From: Amoebophrya sp. A120
Lineage: Eukaryota; Protista; Dinoflagellata
Assembly: GCA_905178155.1 (NCBI GenBank)
Contig: CAJINV010000005.1
Span: forward strand, 5,615,469 to 5,679,468
Direction: 5' to 3'
DNA length: 64,000 nt
Below, in pieces: positions 62,201-64,000 of this stretch. Below the pieces are notes generated by a model. That model had not been told where the DNA came from. It did no database searches and worked only from the letters and a program-made list of their open reading frames with translations. Made by a program: the position numbers and the translations under genes. Positions within the stretch are counted from its first letter, which is position 1. The number at the start of each line of letters is the position of its first letter.

Positions 62201-64000
62201 GCTATCCTGTGCAGAAGTATCGTACTCGTGGTAATTGCAGATATGCATCACAAATTTTTTTCTCAAGGTAAATCAGCATTACAAATTTCATTTCTCATTC
62301 TCATGCTGAGGAAATTTGTAATGCATTTATACGAGTGCGATACTTTTGCAGTTCATAGCACCACCTTCTCGACGTCCTCTTCCTCCAAAAAACTTGCAAA
62401 AGTCGCTTCCTCCCCTGGGCCGCTGCGGAGTTGTGCGGGCGGCCGGAAAAATTATATACAGCCGAAGACGTCGGGGTCAGCGCACACCAACAGCAGTGGG
62501 ACGACGAGTGTTGCCGGCCGCGGTCCTGGGGCAGCTGTTCTTTCAGCTGATGTGCGGAGCAAACAGAAGAACGTGGCTTTTTCAACAGCAGGAGCGACGG
62601 GCGGAGCACATCATCAAAACGACGCGGCGGTAATACCTTTGCAGGTCTCGTCAGAAGGTGTATTGGATTGCTCACCCAACTACGCTACCAAGGACCCGGA
62701 ACAAGTTCCTCCTCCTGCGCATCAAGCTGATAAAAAGCACATGACCGAACAACAGGAAGAATCAAACAGCAGCCACCAGCCCTTGATAAACAACATGAAC
62801 AAACCCCACTTACGACTGATCAAATCACACCGCATGGTGGGTTTGTTCACCCTCGTTTTCATCAACACGAAAAAAATCCCGACCTCTGCCATCCACTCTT
62901 GCACGAGTTGCCAACATAAATTAGGCTTCTTCAACGGCTTACTGGGGAACAAAGGGGCCATTTGCGTCCGCTTGACGCTGCAGATGCCCGGAGTGGTACG
63001 GACACAAGTATTAAGACCGCTCCGCCTCGCGTTTTTCAGTTTCCATCTCCACGCCGGGGAAGTATCCAGGAAAAAACACCCATCCCCATCCAATTTGTCA
63101 TGCAAAACATGCATAATTTGCAGCGTTTTTCATTTTCATGCAAAAAATGGATGCGGATGGTTTTTTCTTCTCGATAGGATGGCTTGAACGCGTATAAACA
63201 GAGGCTGAACGGCTTGAAAGAGGTGTTCGGGGACAAGAGTTGTATCTCCACTACCCAGGAGGGAGGCGAAGAACACGCCGAAGAGTCGCTGGTGCTCAAC
63301 CGAGCGTCTGTGACGTCAGCGTCGGGCAGGACTGTAGGTAGAAGTTCTGGTGTGGTCCAGCAAGGGGCACCAGGGAGCTCAAACAACGGCGAGGGTACTC
63401 AAACAACTGGCAATCCGTTGTTTGAATACGAGCGGTCATGTGACTATCGCAGGAAAAAGCGTTAACGTTAACGGATGAATTTTTTGTATATGCAAACACG
63501 CATGCCTATGCGTGCCATTGTCATTGCCGGAAAAAATGGAACTTGTATTCGCCATTTTTGCGTAGCATGTAATGTAGTAGAGAAAATGAAAATCATCATG
63601 TCATGTCCTTTAGGCTGAAGACCGTTAATAGCGTTAGCACTTTTCTGTTTGATACTGACTTCGCGTTTTTCAGTGGGGATTTCAATTTCCGCTGTATGCC
63701 GGTTAATCAAGATTATTTGCTGCAGGAGGATCATAATTTTGAAGGAGAAGGACATCTTGAAGGGCACCAGGAGCACGTGCACGCAAGCGGCCCGGGGAGC
63801 GAAATTCACCATGCTAGTAAAAACCTCCACCAGGTAGATCTTCAGGAAGAGGCCCTTTGCGGCTCCGCCGGTAATTTTTGCTGCTCGAACACCAGTAATT
63901 GCTGCTCCGAAAGCACGTTATCAAAGGAGACGGTAAGTGACTTCTGTGCGGTAGGCGGAGCTGGAGGTGGAGCCGCAACGACCTCAAGTTCTATCACAGG
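59294..64000 (+). CDS. Inositol polyphosphate 5-phosphatase (IPPc), 3'-partial, with long Ser-rich insertions; 6 complete introners and one starting at 63992
   Basis: Spliced motifs SFTYNCGG, PDIVVINLQE, SHRMVGLFTLVF, GNKGAICVRL, FFSFHLHAG, DFAFFSGDFNFR. Confidence 0.92.
60541..60848. mobile_element. Introner family F
   Basis: TIR; GCAGG/GCAGG. Confidence 0.9.
61422..61559. mobile_element. Introner family E
   Basis: Diverged TIR; CCGAC/CCAAC. Confidence 0.82.
61613..61780. mobile_element. Introner family D
   Basis: TIR; TTTTG/TTTTG. Confidence 0.9.
62203..62357. mobile_element. Introner family A
   Basis: TIR; GTAGC/GCACC. Confidence 0.88.
63063..63176. mobile_element. Introner family E
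   Basis: TIR; GGAAG/GGATG. Confidence 0.88.
63445..63654. mobile_element. Introner family D-like
   Basis: TIR; GTGAC/CTGAC; removal yields CDFAFFSGDFNFR. Confidence 0.88.

Noticed and set aside
2892-63654. Recurrent short ORFs (MSGSGR.., ..CITN.., PDPDIF..) suggesting a small protein family
   Set aside because: These are translations of repeated introner sequence in varying frames, not a conserved coding region
1-64000. Dinoflagellate spliced-leader relics, telomeric repeats, tRNA or rRNA genes, autonomous transposase
   Set aside because: None recognised by eye; absence not verified computationally

Overview
Eukaryotic (protist) genomic DNA with all recognisable genes on the + strand. The organisation suggests the parasitic dinoflagellate Amoebophrya (Syndiniales); this is an inference, not a database match. 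The dominant feature is more than 60 short (mostly about 115-330 bp) non-autonomous elements from at least 10 terminal-inverted-repeat (TIR) families. Nearly all begin 5'-TAT, end ATA-3', are flanked by a 5-bp direct repeat and share an internal GCAT(G/C/T)ACAA motif. They interrupt coding sequence as non-GT-AG introns ('introners'); removing element + 5 nt restores the reading frame at all 61 intragenic sites I traced by hand. Reconstructed genes: a 5'-truncated unknown gene, 40S ribosomal protein uS2/RPSA (with two intronic box C/D snoRNAs), a NAP/SET histone chaperone, a sorbitol/xylitol dehydrogenase (plus a duplicated last exon lacking two introners), an F-box protein, an unknown ~1300-aa protein, an unknown ~3300-aa protein with 32 introners, and a partial inositol polyphosphate 5-phosphatase. 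The left end has GC-rich tandem repeats with hairpin/Helitron-like termini. No transposase gene was recognised. Introner family letters are my own labels, and introner coordinates run from the first to the last TIR base.
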